From contig NC_073412.1 of NCBI RefSeq assembly GCF_028641065.1, forward strand, positions 1,674,001-1,738,000: 64,000 nucleotides of DNA, written 5' to 3'. Positions 1 to 12,700 of this stretch are shown in pieces. The notes under the pieces were generated by a model. That model was not told where the DNA came from and made no database searches. It was given only the letters and a program-made list of their open reading frames with translations. How positions within the stretch are numbered: the stretch's first letter is position 1; each line of letters starts with the position of its first letter. A program made the translations under genes and the position numbers. Source of the stretch: Leucoraja erinacea. Its lineage: Eukaryota.

Positions 1-975
1 GTGAAGGAGATAGAGGAGGTGAAGGAGAGGAGAGGAGAAGGGAAAGAGAAGGTGAAGGAGATGGAGGAGGTGAAGGAGATAGAGAAGGTGAAGGAGATAG
101 AGAAGGTGAAGGAGATAGAGAAGGTGAAGGAGACGGAGAAGGTGAAGGAGATGGAGATGGGAGAAGGTGAAGGAGATGGAGGAGAAGGGATGGAGAGGAG
201 AGAAGGAGAAGGAGAAGGAGAAGGAGATGGAGAAGGTGAAGGAGATGGAGGAGGTGAAGGAGAAGGAGAATGGAGAGGAGAAGGTGAAGGAGATGGAGGA
301 GGTGAAGGAGATGGAGGAGGTGAAGGAGATGGAGAAGGTGAAGGAGACGGAGAAGGTGAAGGAGACGGAGAAGGTGAAGGAGACGGAGAAGGTGAAGGAG
401 ATGGAGAAGGTGAAGGAGATGGAGAAGGTGAAGGAGATGGAGAAGGTGAAGGAGATAGGAGAAGGAGATAGAGAAGGAAGGAGATAGAGAAGGTGAAGGA
501 GATGGAGAAGGTGAAGGAGATAGAGAGATGGAAAGAAGGAAGCAAAAGGAAGATGGAAGAAAAGAAAGAAAGAAGGGAAAGGAAGATAAAGAGAAGAAAA
601 AGGTCAAGAGAAAAAAAAAGAAAGGAAAAAAAAAGTTAAAGAGGAGTAAAAGGAAGGTAAAAAGAAAAAGAAAGAGGAAGATAGAGAAAAAGAAAGATGA
701 AAAAGGACGATAAAGAGAAGAAAAAGGAAGATGGAGGGAACGAAGAAAAATATGAAGAGAAGAAAAGGGAAGATGAGCAGAAAAAGAAGAGAAAGAAAGA
801 TAAAGAGAAAAAGAAAGAAAAAGGAAGATAAAGAGAAAAAAGAAAGAAAGAATGTGAAAAGAAGGAGAAAAAGAGAACGAAGAAAACGTCAAAGAGAAAG
901 AAGGGAAGGAAAAAGTAACATTTTAAAAGAGAGCAAAAAAAGAAAAAACAAAAAAGAAAAAAAGAAAAGAAAACT
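1..975. repeat. Purine-rich minisatellite (18-bp unit GGAGAAGGTGAAGGAGAT, about 1-530) followed by GA/A-rich low-complexity tract
   Basis: Tandem unit visible directly. The KE/GE-repeat ORFs over it are translations of the repeat. Confidence 0.95.
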
Positions 976-989
976 AGTGTAGCTGGGAC

Positions 990-1085
990 ATTAGTCTGAA
1001 GAAGGGTTTCGGCCCGAAAAGTCACCCATTTCCTTCGCTCCATAGATTATGCTGCACCCGCTGAGTTTCTCCAGCATTTTTGTGT
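990..1085 (+). mobile_element. Penelope-like element-derived terminal repeat fragment with hammerhead-like core
   Basis: CTGAAGA-AGGGT-TTCG-GCCC-GAAAAGTC at 996-1023, followed by the family tail ...GCTGAGTTTCTCCAGCATTTTTGTGT seen in many other copies. Confidence 0.6.
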
Positions 1086-1189
1086 AGCTGGGACATTGTT
1101 GGCCGGTGTGGGCAAGTTGGGCCGAAGGGCCTGTTTCCATACTGTATCACACTAGGACTGAAAAAGTAGAAAAAAAAACAAAGAAAATG

Positions 1190-1600
1190 AAGGAGAAGAA
1201 AATAGAATGCACTTGCAGAAGAGATAGTTGAGGCAGGTATAACATAATTTAAAAGGCATTTGGATGAAGGAATTGAAGACACTGTGGCCAAGTTTGCAGA
1301 TGATATGATGGGTAGAGGGGCAGGTGGTGTAGAGAGGTGGTGTAGGAATAAAGGCGTAGTCTATTTTCCAGATGGGGAGTGGATTCAGAAATTGGAGTTA
1401 CAAAGGGACTTGGGAGTGCTGGTGCAGCATTCACAAACGGTTAATTTGTAAGTTGAACCAGTAATAAGCAAGGCATAAGCAATGTTGGCATTTATTTTGA
1501 GACCAAGAATATAAATAGGGATGTGAAGCTGAGATAGCATTTAGAGTAAATATTGTGAGCAACTTTGGGTCCCATATCTGATGAAGGATGTTTTGGCGTT
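1190..1600 (+). mobile_element. Degenerate CR1-type LINE fragments
   Basis: Translates to CR1 RT-like motifs (VAKFADD, QRDLGVLV) broken by stops. Confidence 0.65.
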
Positions 1601-2081
1601 GGCATCACCATTTTGGGAGTGCCCTGTTACCACATCCTTAATATAGAATCTACTTCTTCAAGGGTCGACACTTAGTTTGGTGGAGAAACTTGATCCTGAG
1701 AGCTAACCGTCCGGAGGTGTGCTCCTGGCAGGGTCACCATGGTGGACAGGTCATGGAGGTTTCTGACAAAGCACGGACCAAGAAGAAGACCTCCGAGGAG
1801 TCCGTGCTGTTGGACGCAGGTCCATCTCTGGTGGCTGACCGTGCACCAATATCCCAAGTTGCTAATCCTAAAGTTTCTGGTAACAGCGTCCATTGTTTAA
1901 GGAATGCCACATGGAAAAATACGTATTAAGTTATTTCATTTGTCATTGTCTGCTTTGGAAGAATTTTGTTTTGCACATTCTAGTAGATTAGAATTCTAGT
2001 CAGAATTTATGGTGAATCATATCTGGAAGAATGGATTACAAAAGAGCACTGCTCATTCAAACAATTGTATTTTCTCATAAA

Positions 2082-2765
2082 AGGACACAAATTGCTGGAG
2101 TAACGCAGCAGGTCAGGCAGCATCTCTGGAGAACATGGATAGGTGATGTTTCAGGTCGAGACCCTTCTTCAGTTTGACTTGCAATATTCACAAAGCATCC
2201 AGCAACACATAACGTCCAGTTGCATTTGATGTGGGCTGGTACATACCTATTGGAGCAGTATTTATGTCGCACAGGGTGTAACGTAAATTGGAGGAACAGC
2301 ACCTCATATTTCGCTTGGGCAGCTTACAACCCAGCGGTATGAATATTGACTTCTCTAACTTCAAGTAACCCTCGCTTTCCCTCTCTCTCCATCCCTCCCC
2401 AACCCCAAGTTCTCCGACTTGCGTTTCTATCCTCATGATTACATTTTACTGATTGCATGTCTCATTGTCAGCTAACAATGATCCATTCTACATTTTCCTT
2501 CACTTTGTCCCCTTTGATCTTATTTTCACACCTTACCCTTCCATATCTCTATGTCTCCCTCTCCCCTGATTCTCAGTTTGAAGAATGGTCTCGACCACCA
2601 ATTCCTTCTCTCCAGAGAGGTTGAGTTACTTCAGCATTTTGTGTCTATCTAGGTTGTAACAGAGGGTTGTCAAAGCATGACAAGTGGAAGGACACAAAGT
2701 GCTGGAATATCTCTGGAGAAAATGGATAGGTAATGTTTTGGGTCGTGGCACTTATTCAGACCTGA
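2082..2765 (+). mobile_element. Penelope-like element 3' end (GIY-YIG C-terminal remnant plus terminal repeat) with inverted terminal copies
   Basis: 2282-2368 reads RKLEEQHLIFRLGSLQPSGMNIDFSNFK*, resembling the E..(W/L)I..L..L.P.G(L/M)N motif that ends Penelope endonuclease domains. It is followed by the family 3' repeat. Inverted copies of the terminal repeat lie at 2082-2172 and 2690-2765. Confidence 0.7.
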
Positions 2766-3849
2766 ATAGTGTCTATCTATTCCTCATATTCCAGCTGATG
2801 ATTCAGACTTTAATATATTAAACTTGGTTTTTTAAAGGTTCTTTCAAACGTCCTGTATCTTGATGGGATTCTGTTGTTTTTGAAAGAGTAGCAGAGTAAA
2901 ACCCATCACTGAGGTGGTGCAACGTACGTCTTTAGCAATGATGTCCATTGGCAGGTCAGGGTGCAGAAAGAGTTGCAAGGATTTAACTGGGACTGGAGGA
3001 CTGGATAGGCTGGAGCTATTCTACATTGACTACATCAGACTAAGGGAGACCTTATGCACACTTGGAATGAGCAGAGATAAGTAACCAGATTACTAGTTTT
3101 AGTAATATTTGGTAGGACATTAATTTTAGACATGATTCTTTGATAACTCATCTATTGCGCTTTGAAGAGTCCCACAAAATCATCTCTCTCTAACCAAGTG
3201 CAGAGTAAAATTGCTTGATGAGTCATTTAGTAAGACATCATCATTTGAGTGCCAGTGTACATGACATGCCCAATCTACAATCAAACTTGGCCCACTCAAC
3301 AAGGAGGCAGGATTCGGAGCAACATAGGTAAGGGGGTACAATATCTTCTGATGGGTAACACCACCAGTAATCTCCCACTGGGCAACAGGGAAGAAGTTTG
3401 GACATGATGCACTGAACCCAAGCATTTTCCTTTATAGTGCCATGGCAATTTATGAAATGTCACTATTTTTGGTACATTTCTTGACCCCCCCCCCCCAAGG
3501 CATATTTTCCAAATATGGGCTAAACTAAAAGTACAGGAATGGCAATGAACTCAAAAGCTGGAGTGCATTGCCACAAACGGCTGTGGAGGCCAATTCATCT
3601 GTGATGTTAATGAGAAAATAAAAGATTCATTTTAGCCATCTGATTATGGGATTTGACAATAGTGTAACTCTAACCACTTCAACATAGGCCAATGCTGGAT
3701 ATTTAAAAGACTTACTTATAGAAATGTTTGTGTTTGACTTAAACAGTTTTCTAGATAAGCAAATGTATTGTTCGAAATTCACAGTCCAAAGCAACACATA
3801 TTCATCTATAATATTCTATTATTTTCCTTCAACAAATCTCATGCCGATA

Positions 3850-4717
3850 TCGTGTTCATTTTTGTTGTTTTTTATTTTTTAAATCACAGTGGGTCCACAT
3901 GTACAATGAACTAGATGAAATTATAACCAAAAAAGTTAAATCTGGAACCTCATGCATTTGTACATTTTGGTTTTTTTTAAAAAGGAAAACTAACGTGAAA
4001 ATTTGATCCAAGGAGTCTAAAGAGGGCAGATTTCTGAATAATTTTAAAAAAAATTGAAACTAATCATGTTATTCCTTTAAACTCTAGGGCACAAACATGC
4101 CATACTTATACACAAAAGGTGACATCAAAAACAGGCGTAATTGCAGTGAAATAACTAGATAGTTCAGCATTAACCTTTACCAGATCAGTGGAATGGGACA
4201 AATGTAGATATATATATATATATATTTATTTATTTAGATTTTTTTAATATATATGTTTCAATTTAGCCAGCTCTAAAATCTGCAATATATACAAATTCAA
4301 ACAAACACTATTTGAGTGACATTAATTTATCAGCTGTATAAGGAGAGAATGAAAGATCACACTGTGGAGTTGCTTAAATAACATTACAAATGAGCATACC
4401 AGGAATAATAAACACTGCATGCATGATTTGTGCAGGGGAATAGAATCACAGGGCAAGAGAGGGCGAGTTTAGGGATGGGGAAACCAAGCATAAATAGCAC
4501 ATTAAGCACCCAAAGTACACCCTATCATTAAAACTCGCAAAGCAATCTTCTTAATACTTCATTCTTCAGGAGAAATTGAATAAGGCAAAACATGCTTCAC
4601 ACCGTCATCTTATTCCTGCTGAGACAAACAAGTTAAAACCTGCCCCATTTGGACAACATAACGCGAGTGTTCTTGGCTGAAACCCACTATCCGATAATGA
4701 CATTTTCTTCCAAAATC
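3850..4717 (-). other. NPTN: NPTN exon 9 (non-coding last exon, 3' UTR)
   Basis: Acceptor ...tttttgaacctctgcag at 4719-4718. The region is AU-rich and free of interspersed repeats, with AATAAA at 3876-3871. The exact 3' end is an estimate. Confidence 0.7.
3871..3876 (-). terminator. Putative polyadenylation signal AATAAA of NPTN
   Basis: tttatt on the plus strand at the distal end of the putative 3' UTR. Confidence 0.55.
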
Positions 4718-5328
4718 CTGCAGAGGTTCAAAAAGAGTCAATTAGTCTTTTGAATATGCAACAAATTAAAATTGCCATAACTTAGAAGAAAAGAAAGCAA
4801 AGTGACTTTCACAATGGTCAGGATTGATCGTAAAACATGCTGGTAATTTGGTTGAGTGATGTTTTCTGGACAAATAATGGCTGGGAATTTGCTACAGAGA
4901 GATGAGGAAGCCAAGGTGCAGCAACTTAGTTGTAGAGGCACATTTAGTTTAACTTCCAGAGATGTAATTAAAATATGCCAGATTAATGGGTGATCAGAAT
5001 TGGCATGGCAAAGGCCAGTATTAACTGTCCAGTTCTGTAGACGTTTTGAACCATTTTATGTCAGCATCAAATTAGTTAGAGATGGAAATGTATAAATGCT
5101 CCCACATGTCTCAATGACGAGACGTTGTGGACCCTACAACTGTTGCACCTCCTCCAAATTAAAATCTGGAAGCAATTTAAAAGAGTTGATGAGCACAGAA
5201 GAGAAAGGACTTGGTTCTTGCCAAATATTTGGATGAAGAACAAATCCTTACCAAAATGGAGAAGCTAACGTGCACATTTTGACATATTAATCCCAAATAT
5301 AGCAAACCACTTACTTGATGACCAAGGT

Positions 5329-5389
5329 TTAGTTGGTATTCCTCTGGCGCAAGTTCTTATCTTTATGATTATTTGTGGAATTAGTTTTC
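5329..5389 (-). CDS. NPTN: Neuroplastin exon 8 (C-terminus KTNSTNNHKDKNLRQRNTN*); exon continues to 5315 as UTR
   Basis: cag acceptor at 5391-5390, TAA at 5331-5329, gtaagt donor at 5314. Matches the vertebrate neuroplastin C-terminus. Confidence 0.96.
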
Positions 5390-6644
5390 CTGTTCGAAAT
5401 TGTTGCAAGTTATTGGTAATTTACGGTATTCATACACAAATACAACAATGCTTGAATGTAAAATGATCCAACATTGTGGAATGAAAGACAAACTTACATG
5501 TGCAAACAGGTTAGACTGTGCACAATCGTGATTATATTCAGTGTGCCTTCCCAACACGATAGAAGCAACCTGCAACCAGGCCTCTATTGCTAAATCAATC
5601 CATTCTTAGGATTGCCAAATCTATGTCAAAACCAAGGACATTTTTCTTAACACCCTATCCTGCCTCCTGTCTCAACTCTGTTATTTTATGGAGTTTAAGT
5701 GAGATCAATGAAAACTGTAACTGATGTTTTTAGGTGAATTAAGCCACTAAGGTGGTATTAATGTATTTTCTTTTGCTATTAAATCTGCTGCCTTAGATTC
5801 CTTTTGGGTCACAAACCTCTCCAGACACTCCACGGTGTCAGTTATTGCAAAGTAAACTGTACTTCACCCAGAGAAAACAATCTATGGGTATCTGTAAGGG
5901 ATAAAGGACGTAACCCTCTTTAGAAATGTAACTTTGCTGCTTGATCCTCAATGAGCAGCAAAAAAAACCCATTTATTTTTCTCATTTTAGCGTTGAACTC
6001 TGCTCGGTCAACAGCAAATTTAAAATCCCTACAATTTGTTAATTCCCAGAGTTTGCTGGTAAATGTTGTTTCTAAATGGCATTTACCCGATTGGGCACAA
6101 ACAGAAATAGGTATGCATAGATTACGTAGCAGAATAGACTCAATGGTGGAGCTATTGAGTACTACACTGCAAGACTATAAAGCTGACATTACAGAAAGGC
6201 ATGCAGAAAGTGGTAATGCAACAGGAAGAGGGATATTCACTGTTAAATCACGAGTGAAAGTTTCATGAGAATATCCTATAGCAACTTCTGACGAGGCCAA
6301 TATCCTACATAAATCCAACAAAAAGAACAAGTGTTAGAATTTCAGAAGGTTGTTGATTGGTGACGAGGAAGATCTATCCAGATCAGGTCTTGTGAACAAT
6401 TACCATTTGAGCAAATGAGGTTGTGGAATCTTAACTCAGCATTATGCAATTGTGTTACTCCTAAACTGACACTGAGTTGACAACTCACTCTGATTGGTGG
6501 TTAGAGATTCAGAACTGTACATCATGGAAATAGGCCCATTTGGCCTACTTGCCCACGTGGGGCAACCAAGTTGGCATTATGGGCTAGTCCCATTTGCCTA
6601 TGTTTGGCCCAAAGCCCTCCAAATCCTTCCTATCCATATATAGA

Positions 6645-6878
6645 TAGATGCTCCCCGACTTAGGTGACTTATGTAAACAATTCTGTGATCAGTACGTGGT
6701 GCCTACCCAGAAGACCCCACACTGTAGAAAGTGCCCCGGACACAGTCGTCTGCCACTGGGACAGTAAATACCGTCAGTAAGTTATTTTGTGCAGAGGATG
6801 CGATTCTAACTTACAGAAAATCTGACTTAAGCAGGATTCGCAGAATGCAACCCTTGCGCAAGTCCAGGAGTGGCTGCA
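6645..6878. mobile_element. Possible Tc1/mariner Tigger-like MITE remnant
   Basis: Ends AGATGCTCCCCGACTTAGG ... CGCAAGTCCAGGAGTGGCTG resemble degenerate Tigger-type terminal inverted repeats. Confidence 0.4.
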
Positions 6879-6894
6879 TCTGTCCTAATGCCCA

Positions 6895-7265
6895 AAGACT
6901 GAGGGGGAACCTCATTGAAATTTACCAAATAGTGAAAGGCTTGGATATGGTGGATGTGCAGAGGATGTTTCCACTAGTGGGAGAGTCTAGGACTAGAGGG
7001 CACAGCATCAAAATTAAAGGACCTCTAGGAAGGAGATGAGGAGAAATTTCTTCAAAGGGTGGTGAATAGGTAGAATTCTTTGCCACCGAAGGCTGTGGAG
7101 GCCATCAATAGATATGTTTAAGGCAGAGATAGATAGATTCTTGATTAGTATGGGTGTCAAGGGTTATGGGGAAAAGGCAGGAGAATGAGGTTAGGTGGAG
7201 AGATAGATCAGCCATGATTGAATGGTAGAGTAGACTTGAATTCTGGTCTTATCACATGATCTTAT
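6895..7265 (+). mobile_element. CR1-type LINE 3' fragment
   Basis: RLRGNLIEIYQIVKGLD...ESRTRGHS motif typical of the CR1 ORF2 C-terminus, followed by the family 3' UTR. Confidence 0.85.
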
Positions 7266-7399
7266 GACTGATGTAGAGAGGAGGAAGATTTACGTAGTAT
7301 CTCACTCACTTGAGCCGAAAAAACTCAGAGCAGTCTATATTTTAAACTGGCAACCTTATTATTGTACTACATTTTAAATATATATTCATGTATACTTAC

Positions 7400-7424
7400 A
7401 TTGGTCCAGAAACTGGCTCGTCGT
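7400..7424 (-). CDS. NPTN: Neuroplastin exon 7 (25 nt, DDEPVSGPM)
   Basis: ctgcag acceptor at 7426-7425 and gtaagt donor at 7399. Phase 1 in and phase 2 out join exons 6 and 8. Contains the neuroplastin DDEP motif. Confidence 0.93.
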
Positions 7425-10400
7425 CTGCAGCAGTTAACGAAGTTCACAAAGAGAAATTGGAGGAAAAGAGGATAAAGGAGAAGAAATTAGACTTGTGAAC
7501 AAAAAGAGTTGACGTGTTAGCACCAACTGCCTTTCGCTGTTCTACTTCAACAATACAATTGCTCATGGAGTTAGTCTCTAAATCATTACATTCAAATGGC
7601 AACAAAAAATTATTACATGGTCAGTTAACACCTTTGAGGCTCGTCATGAAATACTGCAACTATATGGACAGATCACGTAAGTTTAATGTTCATCTTGTCC
7701 CTAAGTTCCAGTTGTTCACTGTTTTAGACCAATGAGAAGACGTAACCCAACATCTAATTGTGGAATCCTGCTCAATAGAACTAGTTTATTTTTTAAGTTT
7801 CGATTAAGGTGGCGTTTGGGGGTATGGGGATAATAGGAATTGTGTACATGGTAGTCGTAGAGTGATGGGTGAGATAGGAATATAGCAGTGAAAGTAAAAG
7901 GGAGAGATAATGCAGGGTCAGGGATGGTGGAGACAGCACAGCTACTAAGTTTGAGGATAGATTAAGAACGCAAGCACAATGAGGCTGAGAAAGTAGAATG
8001 AGAGCAACAGGCAGAGGAGTTGCAATAATGTCAAATGTCAAATCAACTTGTGGTCCACAGGACAAAACAAATTCTTTGGTTCGTGTGTGGATGGAATTCA
8101 AGCAGATATATAATATATTGTTTAAATCGTACAGAAGTGAATATGGCTATTCATATGTATTTTTCATAAAAGTGATGATGAAAGTAACAATTAAAATGTT
8201 TTCTGACAATAATTCTGCTATGTTGGTCTGAGGTATACTTCAATTTTGACAATGGTGTACACAATACTAACAAGGCTAAATCATTTGTATTTTTTTTAAA
8301 AGATGTACTAATATTAGAGGACATTAAACCTAGAAGGGTTATGAATTATTCTGGCAATGTATATTTCTATAAAAAAATGAATAATGTATAGTTTTACGGA
8401 CTTTTTAAGAAAATACATTCCATAGATTTCAAAATATGCATTCTGGAATGATTCTGGAACCTCTTACACGTTTGCAATCTGCAGAGAATGTCTATCGTTC
8501 TTTAATGAATCAATTATTTATTCATATTTGGGGAAGAAAAAGAATTTGGGATTGTTTTATGTACATGACTATAAAAATAATGTTTAATAGTTTGGCTTGA
8601 AGTGAAAGGCAAGTCATTTGAAAGAATCGTGTCTGAGCTGCCCAAATCTTTTCTATCCAAGAAACAATGCATCTCGAGTGGTTAGGAAGAAGGATCACAG
8701 ATGGGTGTTCTTTGGACAAGTTCTGAATTGTGCCCAGTGGATTAAGCAGGATTCCACAAGGTGTCTGGTGTACATGAAGCAAGTATGGAGATTTATCGCA
8801 ACACAGCCACCTGACAGCACGCACCAGGAGTAATGGCAACATTTCCCGGGCTCCAGAAAGTGCCATTACTCCATCTGTACCTTGAGGCACGGAGAGAAAG
8901 CCACCGCCAGCACACACAAGTGTCTGGGAAGACCAAAAAATGAATCAAACCACAAACCAAGAGCTCACAGCGGAGAAACACCAGCAACACACCAATGACC
9001 ACAGGTCTCAGTCACTGGCAAGGACGCAATTGTCAAAGAATACTAGACCAGGTTGACAACCAGACAGAGTGTCGCAAAAATAGTGAAGATATATACATAG
9101 TTTATGCATATCAAGAGACGCATCAGGAATTGAGATAAGTACAGAGTATATAGGCTGGGTTTACTCCCCTCTACCACCTGCTGTTTATCCCCAGCGTTTG
9201 CTTAAGAAGATTCTAAATTATCAAATGAACTATATGACTTTTGATAGGACAGAGACCAAGCAATTGTTTGCATCAGAGGACTTGCATGGCAGATTAAAAA
9301 GCACCTTGTATCATCTGTGAAAACTGAATAGTTTCTTTCCAGATATTCTTGGCTGTTTCAATGGTGGTTGCTGGGGTGGGGAATGTACAGTACACTCCTT
9401 TTAAACTCAGGAGCCAAGCAAAATTCACAAATTAAAAGACCCGAGGGAGCAAAAGAACGTGCTTATTTAGTTTATTCCTATTTCAGGCTTAAGTTTCACA
9501 TAAAAACTGCAACCAACCTAAACTCCTAAAAATGCAGAGATGCGGGTCGGACCTTAAAAGGAGCGTATTCTACTTCTGGAATATTCTTCAAGTACAAGTG
9601 CACCAACTCTCAAAATGACTGTGGGGAATCACCTTGCTTTCCAGTTGAGACATTCAGGTGGAGTTGTCACAGAAGCTCGTTATTTGGAACTTTCAATCGA
9701 GCATTTATTTTTGTATGCGTGCTTTAAGGTAAAGTAATTAAGCTCTCTGTCCAAATTAAGTTATGGCATTGCTCATAACTCCTTGAAATGCAACTGTACT
9801 TGAACGGGAAAAAGAGATCCTAAGCACAATTGAAAGTGTTTGAACACTAACTCTACCAAATCCCAGTTTGCATTTCTTACAGATAAAAGATTGCTTTTGT
9901 GACCCAAAGATATATACTCTCAAGATATTTTGAACACTTCATTTCTATAGTGAATGTAATAGACAAAAAAAAAGCTTGGCCTTGTATAGTAAGCATTACA
10001 CCCAAAGGGTAGTCATTCAAACTTGTCCATTTGAAGCAATGGACAAGTTTTGTTGGTATAAAGCCTTGAATAAATGAAGCTTACCGCTTTTGTTTGATGC
10101 CAATTAAGTAAATCCAATTTTGGCAGAGATGGATGGATGCCCTCATTCTTAAATCCAAAATATACATATGCAGACTTGCACAAATCATCGTCTGTAAAAA
10201 TGTAGTTGCACTAAGCAAGGATGATTTCGACTGGTAGCTGGTTCTTAAAATTGGGGTCTAAGATCTAATAAGAAATGCAAGTTGTGGGAAGGTCATGTTC
10301 AGAAAAAAACCCCCCAAGAGAATGATTATTTCAATACTACACTGGCTAGAATGATTCCTGATTTGTTTCTTCACCATGTCACCCCCTGTGGTATGTACAC

Positions 10401-12409
10401 GGAAACTATTCAGATTTTACAATAGCTATCTGCCATGGCACATGCAGACACAGCAATACCCCTGATACAGACCATGGTATGGTTGAAATCCTCATCATAA
10501 GCCGTATAGCTCTAGAAGACAACTAGTTCAAACCTAGAAGCAATCTATGTTTGCAGGCCGTTAGTTCTGGCCAACTCCTGTGACATCCCCAGGACAGAAA
10601 CAGAGCAGACTAAACCCAAAAAAACTCAAACGCTGATTTAAAATCAAAAGAAAACAGAACTACAAATCCAGAAATGGGCAGCAGAAAAACGGAATGGAAG
10701 ATACGAAAAAAAGCTGCGAACGTAGATGAGGACTTGGAAAAAAGTTTTAACATCATGAACTGATGCACTTCAGACTTGAAGCTGAGGAGAAACAAACTCG
10801 AGCATGCAATTCTCTCACTTACCACCAGTTTTAGGGTATGATGCAATTGAGAGGGAAAGAAAAGAAGTCACAATAACCGACAAATATTAATACAAACCAT
10901 AGTTCTAATCTAGAGCGCTAGGATGAAGGTGTCCCTTTGGCCATCTGACCTTGTAGGAAACAGACACGGGGAAAATGGCCTGTATCCCTGGAAGAAGGAA
11001 CTGCAAAATTTGGAAAATTGCTGTATCTCGTATTTTCTCAAGGTGGGAGTTTTAACAAAAAATCATGAGTATTGTTTTATTCCTTGCCTTACTTTCCGTG
11101 ACTCCACTGCTAAAGTAGCCACACCTGTCAAACGCTTTACCTGGAGTCCATTTTGGCAACCTTTTAGTGTGGTTCAGGTTATTTTGAGTATTACAAGAGC
11201 ATTTAGAAATAAAACTTGATTCATAAACAAATTTAATTATCAAGACTATCATACGAACTGCAAATTCCTCCATGAACATCCATCAATAAAAACAAATCCT
11301 GCTCAACACCAAGTATTGTTCTCCCAACTCCCAAATATGCATGAACATTGAAAGCAAAGACTGTTTCAACAGACTTAACAAAGGTCTTTGTTTATTCATG
11401 TCCAGTATATGTACTATGCTCCGGTTGCATCTCAAATTAATTGCGACATAAAAGTTCTTCTAGCTGAAGACCTCAAATATCATCACTCCAACCTTGGAGA
11501 ATGACTGCTGGTTCAACTGCATTGGTGAGTGAATGTCCTATTATTCTGCAGGGCTTGATCAAGTAAATGTTGCTATTCTATATTGAGGAATGGAGCTGAT
11601 CTCAAGATTCTGAGGGAGCTTTACAGGATGGATAATAAACTCATTCCTTCTTTTGGAGTACTTAACCTGGGAGTGGTCCAAATACAAGGACAAGCCATTC
11701 ATTACTCTGTCAAAGTGACTTTTCTTCATGCAGATCATGAATCTTTGGAATTTTCCTTGAGATTGTGATCGCCTAGTCATTACATTATACTTTATTATAA
11801 ATGTAAGTTGTGGCTGATACTGGATATTGATATTGGACAATGGAACTGAGGGACAAACAGGTTGGCCAGGAAGTAGGATTACGGAACAATCTAACAATCT
11901 GGCCTTTTCCTCTTACTATTTTAGTTTTAACATCAATTCTGTAACAAACTGGAGCCATAAACACAAATCTACTGCGAATAATGCGAGATATTTACTAACA
12001 CTAACACTCTGCAATATTTTGATAAACTTTAAGATAATTAGATACATTTTTATTCTGAATAGTGAAAAGGTCCATTATCTTTGATAAATCAAAACATCTC
12101 CGAAAGTAGAGTGTAGCAAATTGTTATTATTCACTTAAACCTATGGTTTCAAATATTGTCTGAAACAATGCACACTTGAAGTAATTAATGCTGACACAAT
12201 AATGACCATGGCATTCTGCGCAAGTTGATCCAGGGTCTATCCCAATGGCCGGAATCAGGTGCAAATGTGCTATTTTCTTTTTCAGGGAACAGTAAACTTA
12301 AGTGCTTATTTTGGTACCTGGCATTAGTCATATTGGACAATGCAACCAAGGGGCAAACAGACTGGCCAGGAAGTCAGATTACCGAATGATCTAGCAAGGT
12401 CATTCCGCC

Positions 12410-12514
12410 TGCACAGTGGTGCAGCTGGCAGAGCTGCTGCCGCACAGCACCAGAGACCCAGCTTCAATCCTGTCTGTGTGGAGTTTACAGGTTATCTCTG
12501 TGACTGTGTGGCTC

Positions 12515-12550
<36 letters not shown>

Positions 12551-12700
12551 ACCAAGTGCTCCAGCTTCCTTCCACACCCCGAAGACATGCGGGAATGGAT
12601 AAGAAAGTGGGATAACATAGAACTAATGTATCTTCAGTGAATCGGTGATCGATGGCCAGTGTGGACTCAATGGGCTGAAGGGGCTGTTTCCATTCTGCAT
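12410..12700 (+). mobile_element. tRNA-derived SINE (HE1/V-SINE-like) with internal poly-C expansion
   Basis: A-box-like GTGGTGCAGCTGG head, CAGAGACCCAG-TTCAATCC B-box-like motif, family tail GGGCTGAAGGGGCTGTTTCC. Confidence 0.7.

Noticed and set aside
1-1043. KE/GE/KR-rich ORFs
   Set aside because: They are translations of a purine minisatellite, open in several frames, with no splice or domain evidence.
1650-1929. GC-richer segment as a possible exon of a downstream neighbour such as REC114
   Set aside because: No recognisable REC114 peptide or convincing splice sites. The minus strand looks more like a retroelement UTR remnant, and a full HDV fold could not be built.
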